DNA of 64,000 nucleotides from Cytophagales bacterium. Its GTDB lineage: Bacteria; Bacteroidota; Bacteroidia; Cytophagales; Cyclobacteriaceae. The position numbers and the translations under genes were made by a program. Shown here piece after piece: positions 32,769 to 44,090 of this stretch (position 1 is the first letter of the stretch; every line of letters starts with the position of its first letter). The notes under the pieces were generated by a model, which was not told where the DNA came from, made no database searches, and was given only the letters and a program-made list of their open reading frames with translations. Where the stretch lies: the NCBI GenBank assembly GCA_003454975.1, contig DMST01000116.1:26659-90658 (forward strand). The letters run 5' to 3'.

Positions 32769-35700
32769 ATGAAATCCTTACCCATGACATTCTTGAGCGG
32801 TGGTTTTTCGTTAGACTTGCAAAACCCACATAAACAAACAGGTGTAGTGTATTTCCAGCAGCTCCGACTTAGTCTGAAATTGGTCGGATTGTGTCTGATT
32901 GTATCCCTACCTACATGGGCGCAAGAAGACTTTTCCGCAACGTTTGCCGGCGATCCTTGTGGGCCTCTTACGGCATCCTTTTCGCCTACAGTAGACGCCA
33001 ACCGTACCGTGACTAGCTATCTATGGGACTTTGGTAACGGCAATACCAGTACCCTGGAATCGCCATCAGCGAGCTATGTAACGGCCAATTCCTATACGGT
33101 TTCGCTTACTATTACCTACTCCGATGGTACTCGAGAGGTAACCAAGGCTGATTTCATTGAGATTTTTCCCAGTCCCACGGTGAATTTCATTTCAGATATT
33201 CAAGGTGGGTGCACCCCTTTGGAGGTTTCCTTTACTGACAATTCTACGGCGCCGGCTGGTGCCTCCATTACTACTCGATTGTGGGAGTTTGAGGGAGGCG
33301 GGTCGGCCACGGAAGCCAATGAAACCGTTACCTTTTCCGACCCGGGCACGTATGATGTTACCTTGTACGTAGAAACCGATCAAGGTTGTTCCGAATCGGT
33401 GACTATCCCAGATTTTATCATTGCCGAAGATCAAGTAGCTCCTTCTTTTACCCCTACCAGTCAGCAGGTCTCTTGTAGCAATAGCTTTGCGGTCAATTTT
33501 GCTAATACCACACCCAACACCGACGGAGGTAACTACGTGTTTGCGTGGGACTTTGGCGATGGCAACACTAGTGATGAGGTGGCACCTACGCATACTTACA
33601 CGGCTCCGGGAGATTATACGGTATCGCTTACACTGGAGGAGACCCTCTCTGGTTGTGTGGGCGGTACAGAAACACGAGTGGATTTAGTGCGATTGGTGGA
33701 TTACACGGCTGGTTTTACAGCAAACCCTACCACAGGATGTAACCCGTTGACGGTACAGTTTTCTGATACCTCCGCTTTGCAGATAGGTAACCAGAGAGTT
33801 TCCTGGGATTTTGGTGACGGTTCGGCCATAGTGTCTGGTGCAGGTACGGGGGCTATTCGCTCACCAAGTCATACCTATACACTTGGAGGCACCTATACGG
33901 TTACCATGACAGTAGAAGACACTGTCGGAGCGTGCGATGGTGCAGCTACTGTATCTGGGCTTATCACCGTGCCAGATCCGGTCATAGCATCATTTACTGC
34001 GGATGAGCGATTTTTCTGTGAGGAAACCTTCACGGTCAACTTTGCCAATTCTAGTACCAATGCGGTATCATACGTTTGGGACTTTGGTGATGGAAATGCC
34101 TCTACGGATGAGAATCCTAGTCATACCTTTACCACCAACGGTGTGTATCAGATAGCACTGACAGCTACTTCTGCCACGGGCTGCACAGATACATTTGTAG
34201 ACACCGTATTCTCCGTGCCTATTGAGGCGAATTTCCTGGTGACCAATACGGATGGTTGCGCTCCCGTTACCACCGATCTGATAAATATATCTACATCCAT
34301 CGTGCCCTTTACAGGGTTCTCGTGGGAAATCCGGGACCAGGCAAATGCAGTAGTGTTTACTAGTGCAGACGAGAACCCAGCAGGCGTGGTGCTGAACGAT
34401 GCTGGTGATTACACGGTAACCTTCGTGGTGAGTTCGACCAACTGTTCGGATACATTGGAGCAAATCATTGAAGTGGGAATTCCGCCGATCAGCATGGATT
34501 TCACAGCAAGTGACACCGCCATTTGTAACGGCGAGACGGTCAACTTCACAAATTTGACCGTGGAAGACGGAACGAACCCCTTCCCGGTAACCTATGAGTG
34601 GGAATATTACGACGGGGCAGGCTTTGTACCCGGAAATCCTAATGATGGTAGTTTCTTTTATGCAAATCTGGATTCAGGTACTTACGATGTCAGCCTGCTA
34701 TACATCAGCAATGGATGTACGCAGGTATTTACTCGCCAGGAGTATATGTACATCAGTACCCCAAGGGCCAATTTTGAGCTGATTACTGATTTGTGTATTC
34801 CTGATTCACTTTGGGGGACCAACCTAAGCGTGGGAGACAGCCGCTGGCTTTGGGAGATTGCTGATACCTTGGGTGCTGTTTTCCTTTCTGATAGTGTCAA
34901 CCGGGATTTGGCTACCAGTCTTACCCCAGGCGATACCTATATTATTTCACTGACGGCCATCAACGATTCAGTGGGGTGCACAGATATCCTCACAGATACA
35001 ATTCAACTTCCGGTATCACTACCCGCCTTTGGTATTGGTATACAAGAGGACACGGTTTGTGTGGACCAAACAGCGACGGTAGGGTCCTCCGCGGCGGCCG
35101 ATAATTATTTCTGGATCTTCTCAGATTCCTCGACTACGGTCACGGCTACAGGAGATACCATTACCCCATTTTTTGATATTCCTGGCTTATATGATCTCAC
35201 GCTGGAACTAACGGTAGGGGAGTGCGTGGTGGATACAACTTGGGAGGATGCCATCCGGATTGCTGATCCCCGGGTGCAGATAGATGCAGATACATTACAG
35301 GGCTGTGCCCCGCTAGAGGTCAATTTCTATGACAATTCCGTCTCTGATGTGGCTATTCTTAGCTATATCTGGACTTTGGGTGCGGATACTCTCAGTACCG
35401 ATAGCGCTTTTACCTACACCTTCGATTCGGCCCAAAATCCCCAGAATACTCCCTATACAGTTGCGTTGACAGTGACAACGGTAGATAGCTGTGTGAGCAC
35501 CCGCAATGTACAGGTACGTGTAACGGATCCTGTGGCTGAGTTTGTGCTGGATTCGGTATTTACCTGCGAAGGAGTACGGTTGGATTTGACCGCCAATGCG
35601 GCAGATAGCGTTTTATATGCCGACCCGGTAGATTCGGTGACTTTTCAGTGGTTCACTAGTGCACCCGGAGTGACTTTGGCCGGGGAGGTAGCTCCTTCGG

Positions 35701-38027
35701 CTATTTTCCCTAACGGTACCCACTCGATTTCTCTACGTTTACAGGATATCAATGGCTGTACGGACAGTATTGGGCAAAGTGTAACCATCAACCGGGAATT
35801 GCCCCAAGCTGCTTTTTCTGCAGACCCTACGGAAGTATTCTGCCCTCCAGCTGCGGTCAATTTCTTCGATGAGTCCGTGCAAGGAAATTCGGGCATAGCC
35901 TCCTGGGCTTGGACCTTCGGCGATGGGGCTACCTCTGGCCTAACGGACCCAGTACGGGTTTTTCAAGATCCGGGAGTGTATGACATTACGCTGGTAATAA
36001 CGGATTCGGCGGGCTGTACGGACACCCTGGTACGGCAAGATTATGTTGACATTCAGGGGCCCACGGGAAGTTTTACGGTAGATGATTCTTTGGGCTATGC
36101 CCCGCTCCCCATCTTTTTTCAGGCAGAATCGCCGGATGATGGTGTGACCTATTTGTGGGATTTTGCCAATGGACAGGTGGACGGTTTTTTTGATGAGTCC
36201 TTTATTGATTACACCTATCCTGGTGGAGGGAATTTCACACCCATTATGACTATCCGGGATGAGCGTGGGTGCGACTTTGCTCCAGACCCAGAGGTCACCA
36301 TCGTGGTATTGGATTGCCCCACCCTCGATCTTGGGTCCGACTTGGTGGCGTGTACCCAAGAGGGAGCATTGGGCCTGGAAGGGTACAATGCAACGCACGA
36401 TATCACTTTAGGTGCTCTGTTTTATGAGTGGAATACCGGCGAAACCACTTCCTCTTTGGTGCCAGCCATGCAGGTAGGGGCAACAGAATATAGCCTAAGC
36501 ATCTGGATCATCGATGATGAGGGTAACCGGGTGTGTGATGCTACGGATACTGTGAATGTGACCTATAATGCTACTCCCCAGGCCGATTTTACCGTTACCA
36601 ATGCCTGTTTGGGGGAGGCCAGTACTTTTTTGAGTATGAGCACGTTAAGTGCCGGTGCTATTTCGGAATATCGTTGGATAACGGGGGATGGACAGCCGGA
36701 CCAGGTAGGCAGTATAGACTCTATCTTGTATGCTTACTCCGGTTTGGGTTTTTTCACTCCTGAGTTAATCGTTACTTCTGATTCGGGTTGTGTAGACACA
36801 TCACAACAAACTATACAAGTGTTGGAAGTGCCCGATGTACAGGTTGTGTCTGTAGATGCCTGTGTAGGAGAGCCCCATACTTTGGTAGCCATCCCGCTAC
36901 TGGAACAAGGTCAGACCATTACCAATTACCGATGGGATACAGATTTGGATGGAACTATAGACCAAGAGGGCCCCATCCTTGAGGAGATATCTCTTGCTCA
37001 ATCTGAGGTAGGTATTTACCAGGCTTTGGTGCAGTTGGTGTCTGATAACGGATGCTTCACTTACGATACGCTTACCTATGAGGCTTTTCCTTTCCCGGAG
37101 CTTACTCTTACCCCGGAACCTGCTTTGGTATGTGAGGGGGAATCCTTGGCGGTGGCAGTGCAGGGAGCAGATACTTACCGGTGGATAGATGGCACTACCT
37201 TGGACTCACTGGTGGTGAGCCCAACACAGGACACTACCCATTATTCGGTGACGGGAACGAACGAATTTGGATGTTCTACAACCGATTCAATAGAAGTAAA
37301 TGTGCTCCGGTACCCCTTCCTGGAACCAGAAACTCGAGGCTGTATCGGGGATACTTTGGTGCTGGATGCAACCATACCTGAGGTGGATGTGGCGTATACC
37401 TGGTCTACGGGTGATACTGATGGGATTCTGCTAGTGACTGAACCGGGTACTTATTCGGTAGAGGCTGTAGTGACTCAAGAGGGAGTGGAATGCTTGCTTA
37501 CTTCTCAAACCAATGCCTCCTTCGATACTTCCACTCCATTGCCAGTATCGGACATCACGGTGTGTTTTGATGATGTGCCCGAAGTGGTCATTAATCCAGG
37601 GGTGGAGGGAACCTACCTATGGCAGCCTTATGGCTTCACGGATTCTGTGTTTGTGACGGCAGCACCAGATTCGGTACAACTCATTGTTACTAATCCAGTG
37701 GGGTGTGTTAGTGATACAGTCATTCAAATCTTCGAAAACTGTACTCCCCAGGTTACTTTTCCTAATGCCTTTACCCCCAACGGTGACGGCCTTAATGATG
37801 TGCTTTTCTCTCAGGGCCAATATTTTATTAACTACCACGTGGAAATATTCAACCGATGGGGAGAGCTGGTATTTGTTACCGATAACCCGGACGAAGGGTG
37901 GGATGGCCTGCGTGCTGATGGGCAACCCCATCTGACGGGAGTCTATCTAATAGTGCTCGTGTTTGAAAATCAGTTTGAGCCGGGTCAAGCCATAACTACA
38001 CGGCAGCGAGTATGGCTCATGGACTGA
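32769..38027 (+). CDS. PKD-repeat surface protein with a T9SS type-B (gliding-motility-associated / CHU_C) C-terminal domain
   Basis: 1752 aa. The hydrophobic signal segment LVGLCLIVSLPTWAQ follows a 34-aa N-extension. At least 10 PKD units carry WDFGDG(N/S)xS...H.Y...G.Y.V.L, followed by further Ig-like modules. The C-terminal FPNAFTPNGDGLNDVLF...FNRWGELVF...GWDG lies at about 37745-38027. Confidence 0.9.
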   Translation: MKSLPMTFLSGGFSLDLQNPHKQTGVVYFQQLRLSLKLVGLCLIVSLPTWAQEDFSATFAGDPCGPLTASFSPTVDANRTVTSYLWDFGNGNTSTLESPSASYVTANSYTVSLTITYSDGTREVTKADFIEIFPSPTVNFISDIQGGCTPLEVSFTDNSTAPAGASITTRLWEFEGGGSATEANETVTFSDPGTYDVTLYVETDQGCSESVTIPDFIIAEDQVAPSFTPTSQQVSCSNSFAVNFANTTPNTDGGNYVFAWDFGDGNTSDEVAPTHTYTAPGDYTVSLTLEETLSGCVGGTETRVDLVRLVDYTAGFTANPTTGCNPLTVQFSDTSALQIGNQRVSWDFGDGSAIVSGAGTGAIRSPSHTYTLGGTYTVTMTVEDTVGACDGAATVSGLITVPDPVIASFTADERFFCEETFTVNFANSSTNAVSYVWDFGDGNASTDENPSHTFTTNGVYQIALTATSATGCTDTFVDTVFSVPIEANFLVTNTDGCAPVTTDLINISTSIVPFTGFSWEIRDQANAVVFTSADENPAGVVLNDAGDYTVTFVVSSTNCSDTLEQIIEVGIPPISMDFTASDTAICNGETVNFTNLTVEDGTNPFPVTYEWEYYDGAGFVPGNPNDGSFFYANLDSGTYDVSLLYISNGCTQVFTRQEYMYISTPRANFELITDLCIPDSLWGTNLSVGDSRWLWEIADTLGAVFLSDSVNRDLATSLTPGDTYIISLTAINDSVGCTDILTDTIQLPVSLPAFGIGIQEDTVCVDQTATVGSSAAADNYFWIFSDSSTTVTATGDTITPFFDIPGLYDLTLELTVGECVVDTTWEDAIRIADPRVQIDADTLQGCAPLEVNFYDNSVSDVAILSYIWTLGADTLSTDSAFTYTFDSAQNPQNTPYTVALTVTTVDSCVSTRNVQVRVTDPVAEFVLDSVFTCEGVRLDLTANAADSVLYADPVDSVTFQWFTSAPGVTLAGEVAPSAIFPNGTHSISLRLQDINGCTDSIGQSVTINRELPQAAFSADPTEVFCPPAAVNFFDESVQGNSGIASWAWTFGDGATSGLTDPVRVFQDPGVYDITLVITDSAGCTDTLVRQDYVDIQGPTGSFTVDDSLGYAPLPIFFQAESPDDGVTYLWDFANGQVDGFFDESFIDYTYPGGGNFTPIMTIRDERGCDFAPDPEVTIVVLDCPTLDLGSDLVACTQEGALGLEGYNATHDITLGALFYEWNTGETTSSLVPAMQVGATEYSLSIWIIDDEGNRVCDATDTVNVTYNATPQADFTVTNACLGEASTFLSMSTLSAGAISEYRWITGDGQPDQVGSIDSILYAYSGLGFFTPELIVTSDSGCVDTSQQTIQVLEVPDVQVVSVDACVGEPHTLVAIPLLEQGQTITNYRWDTDLDGTIDQEGPILEEISLAQSEVGIYQALVQLVSDNGCFTYDTLTYEAFPFPELTLTPEPALVCEGESLAVAVQGADTYRWIDGTTLDSLVVSPTQDTTHYSVTGTNEFGCSTTDSIEVNVLRYPFLEPETRGCIGDTLVLDATIPEVDVAYTWSTGDTDGILLVTEPGTYSVEAVVTQEGVECLLTSQTNASFDTSTPLPVSDITVCFDDVPEVVINPGVEGTYLWQPYGFTDSVFVTAAPDSVQLIVTNPVGCVSDTVIQIFENCTPQVTFPNAFTPNGDGLNDVLFSQGQYFINYHVEIFNRWGELVFVTDNPDEGWDGLRADGQPHLTGVYLIVLVFENQFEPGQAITTRQRVWLMD

Positions 38028-38032
38028 AAAAA

Positions 38033-38057
38033 AGCCACACAGAGGGGCTGTGTGGCT
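38033..38057. terminator. Bidirectional hairpin terminator
   Basis: A perfect 10-bp stem, AGCCACACAG pairing with CTGTGTGGCT, preceded by AAAAAA. It sits between convergent genes. Confidence 0.8.
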
Positions 38058-38082
38058 TCAGGAAAGTGAAATTGTGTTTGAT

Positions 38083-39918
38083 TTAGTTGCTCAACCATGC
38101 ATTGCGTAAAGCATCCTCCTCTACAGTGAGCTCTTCCTTTGGCTCAAGTACATTGTAGGCAATTACTTCCGTGGTGATGGCCTTGGCCTTCAATTTCACC
38201 TTCCTATAACTGCCATCTTCTTGCGGACGCATCACCGTCATGGTTACCTTCTTTTTCTGGGGCGTGTTCGAAAGATCCTCAAAGATGCCTTGGAAGTTGT
38301 TGATATTCAATTCATTGCCCTTGATGGAGACAAGCTCGTCGCCAGCTTGAAGCTTTAGCTTTTGGGCAAACTCAGTAGCAGCGCTAATGTCTTGAATAAA
38401 GATGCGTTCCGTCTCTGAGTTGTAATTGAGGCCAACGCCCATTACTAGCTTGTCTACTGGCATTTCCTCCACAAAGTTTACCCCAATTGCATTGAAGGAC
38501 GCTTCGATGGGTAGGGGAGTAGGACCGCTCACATAGGTGGTCAGGAAATTCTTGATAGAAGGATCAGTCAACTCGGCAATCTTATCAAAGAGGCCGTCGT
38601 CTTGGAAAGAAACATCTTTTCCGTAAGATTTGGCCAAGTCCCGCATAAGATTCTGTAGACCGTAGTCTCCCTCAGACCATTGCCGTAGAGTAATGTCTAG
38701 ACAGAAGCCTATCAAGGCACCCTTCTGGTACACGTTACCATATTCGTCTTCGTACCGGTCAAGCACATACTTACTCATTTCGGTGAAGGGTAGCTCGTCA
38801 TTATAATTTTGCCGGCTATCAATGATTTTTTCTCGGAACTCACTCAAGAAATCTTCCAGATCGGTGAGTCCATATACGATTTGGGCATGGTGCGAAGAGT
38901 ACTCGGTCACGCCTTCGTATAGCCAAAGGTGCTGTGACATTTGAGGGTCGATGAAGTCAAAATCACCAATTTCTTCGGAGTGGATATTGAGGGGGGTTAC
39001 GATGTGGAAAAACTCATGCGATGAAATATTTCGCACAATCTCTGCAATCTGCTCCTCACCATATTCGGGGAGAAAGTACATAGAACTGTAACTATGTTCC
39101 AGAGCCCCATAGGCGCCCGAAAGGGAGTTGCCCTCGAATAGATAGATCAAGAAAGCATAGCGGTCTACGGGCAAGTTGCCACCCAAGTAGGCCTCCTGGG
39201 CTTTCAATATTTCAGTTACCTGGTCCCTTACAAAGGCTGCACTTACTTTGTCTCCGGGGCTATATACAGACACAATCACCTCAGCCCCCCCTACAATCAC
39301 CGTAGCTGTGTCAGGCTCGCAATACATGATGGGCGAATCTGCCAGGTCGAAGTAACGGCTAGCCGTAAAAATATCAGTGTTGCCTTGAGGTGACTTCCGG
39401 TCCAATGCACTAGCACCATAAAAATTTTCAGGCCGGGTGATAGCCACCTCAAACGGTTGGTTTTCGTATCCCTTTAGGTAACCGAACATACCATGATTGT
39501 TGATCACGAAATTGTCCCCGATTTCAAAGTTAGTGCCTGAGGGTTCAAAAACTACATTACCGAGATCAGTGTCGTAGGTGTCGTCTAGTGTGTAGGTGAT
39601 TTGCGCCAGTTCCTCGGCATTAGCAATTTGCCAACGGTTTACACCTACTTGATCTGTACTTAAGGAGTTGCCCTGTACATCGTAGGCCATAAAACTGGAG
39701 ACGAAACGCCCAAAGTCGCTGATGCTGTAAGTGCCCGGTACAATCTTAGGAATTTGAAATTCTACCAAGCTATCGGTTACCGCTGGGGTATTGAGTACTA
39801 TTTTCAGCTGATCGTCTACTACCTGAGTGAGATCCAACTGGTACCGATAGGTATCCTGAGCCACCAATGATCCCGAGAATAATAGGCCCAATCCCAGGGC
39901 CATACATCGCATTTGCAT
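38083..39918 (-). CDS. Peptidase M61 (glycyl aminopeptidase family) with a C-terminal PDZ domain
   Basis: 611 aa with a signal peptide. The zinc motif is ISSHEFFHIV (HExxH), with a downstream YEGVTEY. The PDZ-like segment is LQAGDELVSIKGNEL. Confidence 0.85.
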   Translation of the reverse strand: MQMRCMALGLGLLFSGSLVAQDTYRYQLDLTQVVDDQLKIVLNTPAVTDSLVEFQIPKIVPGTYSISDFGRFVSSFMAYDVQGNSLSTDQVGVNRWQIANAEELAQITYTLDDTYDTDLGNVVFEPSGTNFEIGDNFVINNHGMFGYLKGYENQPFEVAITRPENFYGASALDRKSPQGNTDIFTASRYFDLADSPIMYCEPDTATVIVGGAEVIVSVYSPGDKVSAAFVRDQVTEILKAQEAYLGGNLPVDRYAFLIYLFEGNSLSGAYGALEHSYSSMYFLPEYGEEQIAEIVRNISSHEFFHIVTPLNIHSEEIGDFDFIDPQMSQHLWLYEGVTEYSSHHAQIVYGLTDLEDFLSEFREKIIDSRQNYNDELPFTEMSKYVLDRYEDEYGNVYQKGALIGFCLDITLRQWSEGDYGLQNLMRDLAKSYGKDVSFQDDGLFDKIAELTDPSIKNFLTTYVSGPTPLPIEASFNAIGVNFVEEMPVDKLVMGVGLNYNSETERIFIQDISAATEFAQKLKLQAGDELVSIKGNELNINNFQGIFEDLSNTPQKKKVTMTVMRPQEDGSYRKVKLKAKAITTEVIAYNVLEPKEELTVEEDALRNAWLSN

Positions 39919-40013
39919 AGTATAGTAAAAGGTATGATTAGTGTATTTGAGGCTAACGTACGAGGGAAGCCGTAAAGTGCCAACGGAATCTTGATGATAG
40001 GGTGATTCCTAGA

Positions 40014-43000
40014 TTATTCTGCATTGTTAGGGGGTAGGGAGGGTAGCTCGATGGTGAAGGTGGTGCCCTGCCCTAATACTGAGGTGAGAAATACTTTGCC
40101 TTGCAGCTTTTCGATGGACTCCTGAACTATGTATAGCCCTAACCCGGATCCTTTACTGTTTTCTGAAGCTCGGTAGAACATTCTGAATATCCCGGCCTGA
40201 TGCTCTTCGGCTATTCCTTGCCCATTGTCTTCAAATTTCAATATAGCTTTCCCATCCTGTACGGTGGCGTAGATATTAAGATAGGGGTCTCGCCGGTGGG
40301 GACTGGAATATCGGAAAGCATTGCTGATCATATTGTTTATCACCACGTTGAGCCGGCCGCGGTCGGTGTAGAACGGTTCGTTGATATCCAGAAACAACTC
40401 CCTACGTACTACCTTGGCCTCCTCCATGAACTGCAGGTCCTCAATCACCCCCTCAATCATCTCTTTGAAATTGATCGGTTCGCCTTTTACCTCCAGCCTG
40501 CTATTTCGGGAATAATGTATGATCTCCTGAACGAAGTTGTCCAGCTTGCGCACACTTCGTTCCATTAAGCCCATGTATTCACGGAGCTTATCCACGTCGT
40601 TTTCTACCTTGGCCAAGTTGATGAGCCCCAGTACAGAAACCATGGGTGCACGGAGATCATGTGAGGCGCTATAGACAAACCGATCCAACTCTTGGTTGGT
40701 CTTTTTCAGTTGGTCGTTGCTTTCCTTTAGCTCCGTTTCGGCTTGTTTCCGCTCGGTAATATCCATTAAGGTACCGTAGAGCTTCACCAGATTGCCACGG
40801 CTATTCATCAGGGGTTCGCCTACGGTGTTAAAATACCGAACGGGGCCCTGGGGTAGCATTACCCGGAAATCGAGGTCAAATGGAGTGCCTTGGTCCACAG
40901 CATCCCCCAAGGCAAAAAGCAGAGCCTCCTGGTCGTCAGGGTGAATGACATCAAAATTATCGGCGATAGAGATAACATTTCGCTGTTCCTGGGTTAGGCC
41001 CAGTAGCGTATTGATTTCATCAGAGAATAGCAGAGTGTCTTCTTCTGGTGAGTACTCCCAACTGCCCATCTTGCCCAGCTGCTGGGCTTCCCGCAGTCTA
41101 TTTTCACTATCAATCAGTTTCTTCTCGGCCTCTTTCCTCTCCGTAATGTCAATTAAGATGCCGTACAACTTCTCCAACGAATCATCAGGGCCATGTTCCG
41201 GACGGCAGATAAAGTTGAGGTAGCGGGTGCCATCTTTTCTTATGATTCTTAAATCTAAGTCAAACCCTTTGCCTTCATCCAGGGCGGTACGAAGTGCCCG
41301 GAACACCTTCGGTTTATCACTGCGGTGAATTCTGTTGAGAATAAGGTCTAGTGAGGGAGAGTCTATTACCGGATCAAGCTTGAAAAGGCGGAACAACTCG
41401 TCTGACCAGATTACCTCATTGGCACCTACCCGGTATTCCCAGTTTCCCATCCGGGCAATTCTCTGGGCTTCCTTCAGAGAATTCTCCGAACTAAGGATGC
41501 GTTCCTCGGCCGCTTTTCGCTCGTTTATGCTTCTAAAATAGACCGAAAGCCCTTCGGATGAGGGGTATACATGCACCTCGAACCATGTCTCTGAGGGTTC
41601 GAAATACTCCTCAAAGTCGACTACCCGGTTCTCCTCAATCGCCGTATGGTAGTACTCATAAAAACTCTGAATCTGCTCTTTCGGAAATACATCCCAAATA
41701 ACCTTATGAAGGAGTTCATCTCGGCTAATCCGAAGCAAGGACTCTCCTTGCTTATTGATGTAGGTTACCTCCCAATTCTTATTGAGAAGGAACATGGCAT
41801 CCGTAATGCTCTCCAGAATGTTGGTGCTTCTCTGGGCATATTCTACCAGTTGTTTCTCCGTCAGCTTCTTCTCGGTAACATCCTGCAAAATCACCAAAAT
41901 GGAATTTCTTCCATCGGTGTTCATGTACCGTGGGATCAGCGTAACATCCAGAAACAAAGGGCTACCATCCGCTCGGTGGATATCTATTTCCCCTTTCCAA
42001 ATTTTGCCCTTTCGTACTGCCCTGTCAATCTGTGCAAAGCTTTCAGAGCCAGGGATCATATCGGGAAAATCCCGAATGTTTTTTAGAACCAAGGCGTCCT
42101 CGTCAAGCCCGTAGGCTTCGCAGAAGTTCTTGTTGGCCGTTAGAAAATCACCCCTCAGCGTGAGCGTAACCACCATGGAGGCGGCATCCAACGCATGGTG
42201 GAACTCCTCGAGTGCTTTGTGTGAACTGTGCAGAGCCTGAGTAGCCATGAGGCTCTCTGTCACATCATTAATGATTTTCAGAGTAGCCTCGCCGCCCAAA
42301 TAGTAAATCTGGCTGGCTTGTACTTCCGCATATATTAAAGCGCCGGCTTTAGAATGGTGCTTTTCGGTGCTAACTCCCGCCAGTATATTGGAGTCGAAAT
42401 CTGAGGAAACCGCCTGCAAATCTGCCCAGTGCATGGTTTGCCACTCGCTTTGTGAGAACCCGTAGTGTGATATGGCGGTGAGATTGGCCTCCAATACCTT
42501 GCCTGTGTGAGTCTCTACTACCAGAATAGGATTGGGATTGCTCTCAAACAATTCACGGTATCTACTTTCGCTTATTCGCAATTGCTTCTCCCACTCCTGC
42601 CGCTCCGTAATGTCCATGCACACCAGTAGCACCTTGTCTATCTTTTGCTGTGCATTGTAGAGGGGGCGTAGCTCCAACGAGTAGGACTTGTTTTGAAAGG
42701 AGACATCCAACTGGCTGGATTCTCCATCAAATGCGTCCCATATTTTTTCTTCCACCATTTTGTTGAGGGACTTCCCAAAAAGATAGTGGATGCTCTTGCC
42801 TTGCAGATGGCTTTTTGACTGGCTGATGTCCCGCAAGCCTTGGCCTTCTGAAAAAAGAATGTCAAACCCGCGATTGATCATCAAAATGAATCCGCTGGGG
42901 AAATTCTCTGCCAGATTCCGGTACAGTTCCTCGCTTTGGGTCAAGGTTTCCAGCGTACGTTTTTCGCGGGTAATATCCCGAAAGGCGCCAATTACTTTGG

Positions 43001-43799
43001 CCACCTTGCCATTCACGTATATCGGTCGGCAGTTGGCGTGCACGTGGAAGAACTTGCCTTCCTCATTGATCATCTCAAACTCCCCACTACCCGGAACGCC
43101 TTGGTCGCGGGCATTGCCTAAAATTTCCTGCGCTCGGGTAGACGACTCTTTGAAAAAATACCGCATGGCAACCTCAAGACTCACCGGATAGTCCAGTGGT
43201 AACCCATAGATGCGATAGATCTCATCTGTCCATACCATCTCGTCAGAATCTATCTCCCACTCCCAACCGCCTACACGGGTCATTTCTTGGGCGGTTTCCA
43301 GCACCGATAGGTACTGAGATTCCTTGCTGATATTTTCTAGGGTGATTACAAACTGGTCTTTCCTCTTTTCCGGTATAGCCTGGTAGATGGTAAGCCTAAA
43401 AAAGACCAGTTTGCCTTGTTTGTCCAATCCTTGCCAGGTACTCGCATTCTGCGATTCGGTATGCTGGCTGGGGTGGGTCAAAATCTCCTTTAATGCTCTA
43501 TGGCCATCTACTTCTAGCAGGTCATGAAGAGCTTTGCCCACGGCTTCGGTTGCAGAATAGCCCGTGATTTGGGTAAACCCAGAATTGACGTGTTGGATGA
43601 GAGTGTCAGAATTGACAATGCAAATGCCGACCGAGATATCTTGAAAAACGGATCGGGCCCATTCGTTCACTTGCTGCGATTTAGCAAGCTCCTCCCTCAG
43701 ACGCATATTCTCCTTTTCCAAGGCCTCCATCGAAGGAGTTTGGGGAGAAGAAGCCTCTGGAGAAAAAGAAAGATTTTGATCCTCTGGATGGGAGTGCAT
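40014..43799 (-). CDS. Multi-PAS sensor histidine kinase (HisKA + HATPase_c), cytoplasmic
   Basis: 1261 aa. About 8 PAS/PAC units, each separated by a coiled coil plus a TERK(Q/E) junction. The H-box is FVYSASHDLRAP. The N, G1 and G2 boxes are MISNAFRYS, EDNGQGI and GSGLGLYIV. There is no adjacent response regulator. Confidence 0.9.
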   Translation of the reverse strand: MHSHPEDQNLSFSPEASSPQTPSMEALEKENMRLREELAKSQQVNEWARSVFQDISVGICIVNSDTLIQHVNSGFTQITGYSATEAVGKALHDLLEVDGHRALKEILTHPSQHTESQNASTWQGLDKQGKLVFFRLTIYQAIPEKRKDQFVITLENISKESQYLSVLETAQEMTRVGGWEWEIDSDEMVWTDEIYRIYGLPLDYPVSLEVAMRYFFKESSTRAQEILGNARDQGVPGSGEFEMINEEGKFFHVHANCRPIYVNGKVAKVIGAFRDITREKRTLETLTQSEELYRNLAENFPSGFILMINRGFDILFSEGQGLRDISQSKSHLQGKSIHYLFGKSLNKMVEEKIWDAFDGESSQLDVSFQNKSYSLELRPLYNAQQKIDKVLLVCMDITERQEWEKQLRISESRYRELFESNPNPILVVETHTGKVLEANLTAISHYGFSQSEWQTMHWADLQAVSSDFDSNILAGVSTEKHHSKAGALIYAEVQASQIYYLGGEATLKIINDVTESLMATQALHSSHKALEEFHHALDAASMVVTLTLRGDFLTANKNFCEAYGLDEDALVLKNIRDFPDMIPGSESFAQIDRAVRKGKIWKGEIDIHRADGSPLFLDVTLIPRYMNTDGRNSILVILQDVTEKKLTEKQLVEYAQRSTNILESITDAMFLLNKNWEVTYINKQGESLLRISRDELLHKVIWDVFPKEQIQSFYEYYHTAIEENRVVDFEEYFEPSETWFEVHVYPSSEGLSVYFRSINERKAAEERILSSENSLKEAQRIARMGNWEYRVGANEVIWSDELFRLFKLDPVIDSPSLDLILNRIHRSDKPKVFRALRTALDEGKGFDLDLRIIRKDGTRYLNFICRPEHGPDDSLEKLYGILIDITERKEAEKKLIDSENRLREAQQLGKMGSWEYSPEEDTLLFSDEINTLLGLTQEQRNVISIADNFDVIHPDDQEALLFALGDAVDQGTPFDLDFRVMLPQGPVRYFNTVGEPLMNSRGNLVKLYGTLMDITERKQAETELKESNDQLKKTNQELDRFVYSASHDLRAPMVSVLGLINLAKVENDVDKLREYMGLMERSVRKLDNFVQEIIHYSRNSRLEVKGEPINFKEMIEGVIEDLQFMEEAKVVRRELFLDINEPFYTDRGRLNVVINNMISNAFRYSSPHRRDPYLNIYATVQDGKAILKFEDNGQGIAEEHQAGIFRMFYRASENSKGSGLGLYIVQESIEKLQGKVFLTSVLGQGTTFTIELPSLPPNNAE

Positions 43800-44090
43800 G
43801 TATTTCTAACTAATTCGAGTTTGTGCGGCGGATATATTAATACAACCTTGTTTCGCAATAATTCGAAAAGTTAGGTACTTCCAGTTTGCAGTACAACCAT
43901 TTGTACTAAATACAGACAAGGTCCTTAAAAACTGCCGTGAAAATCAGACAAGAGGCAATCAGTGGTGAAGCCCTCAGAATGTTTGGACCTAATTGGTACA
44001 ATAATCAAGAAAATGCCCTCCTACCAATCCCTATTTCCATAATGGAATTTTGAGGTTGAGAAAAAGTTTGACCGTATGTGGGAGTCGAAT

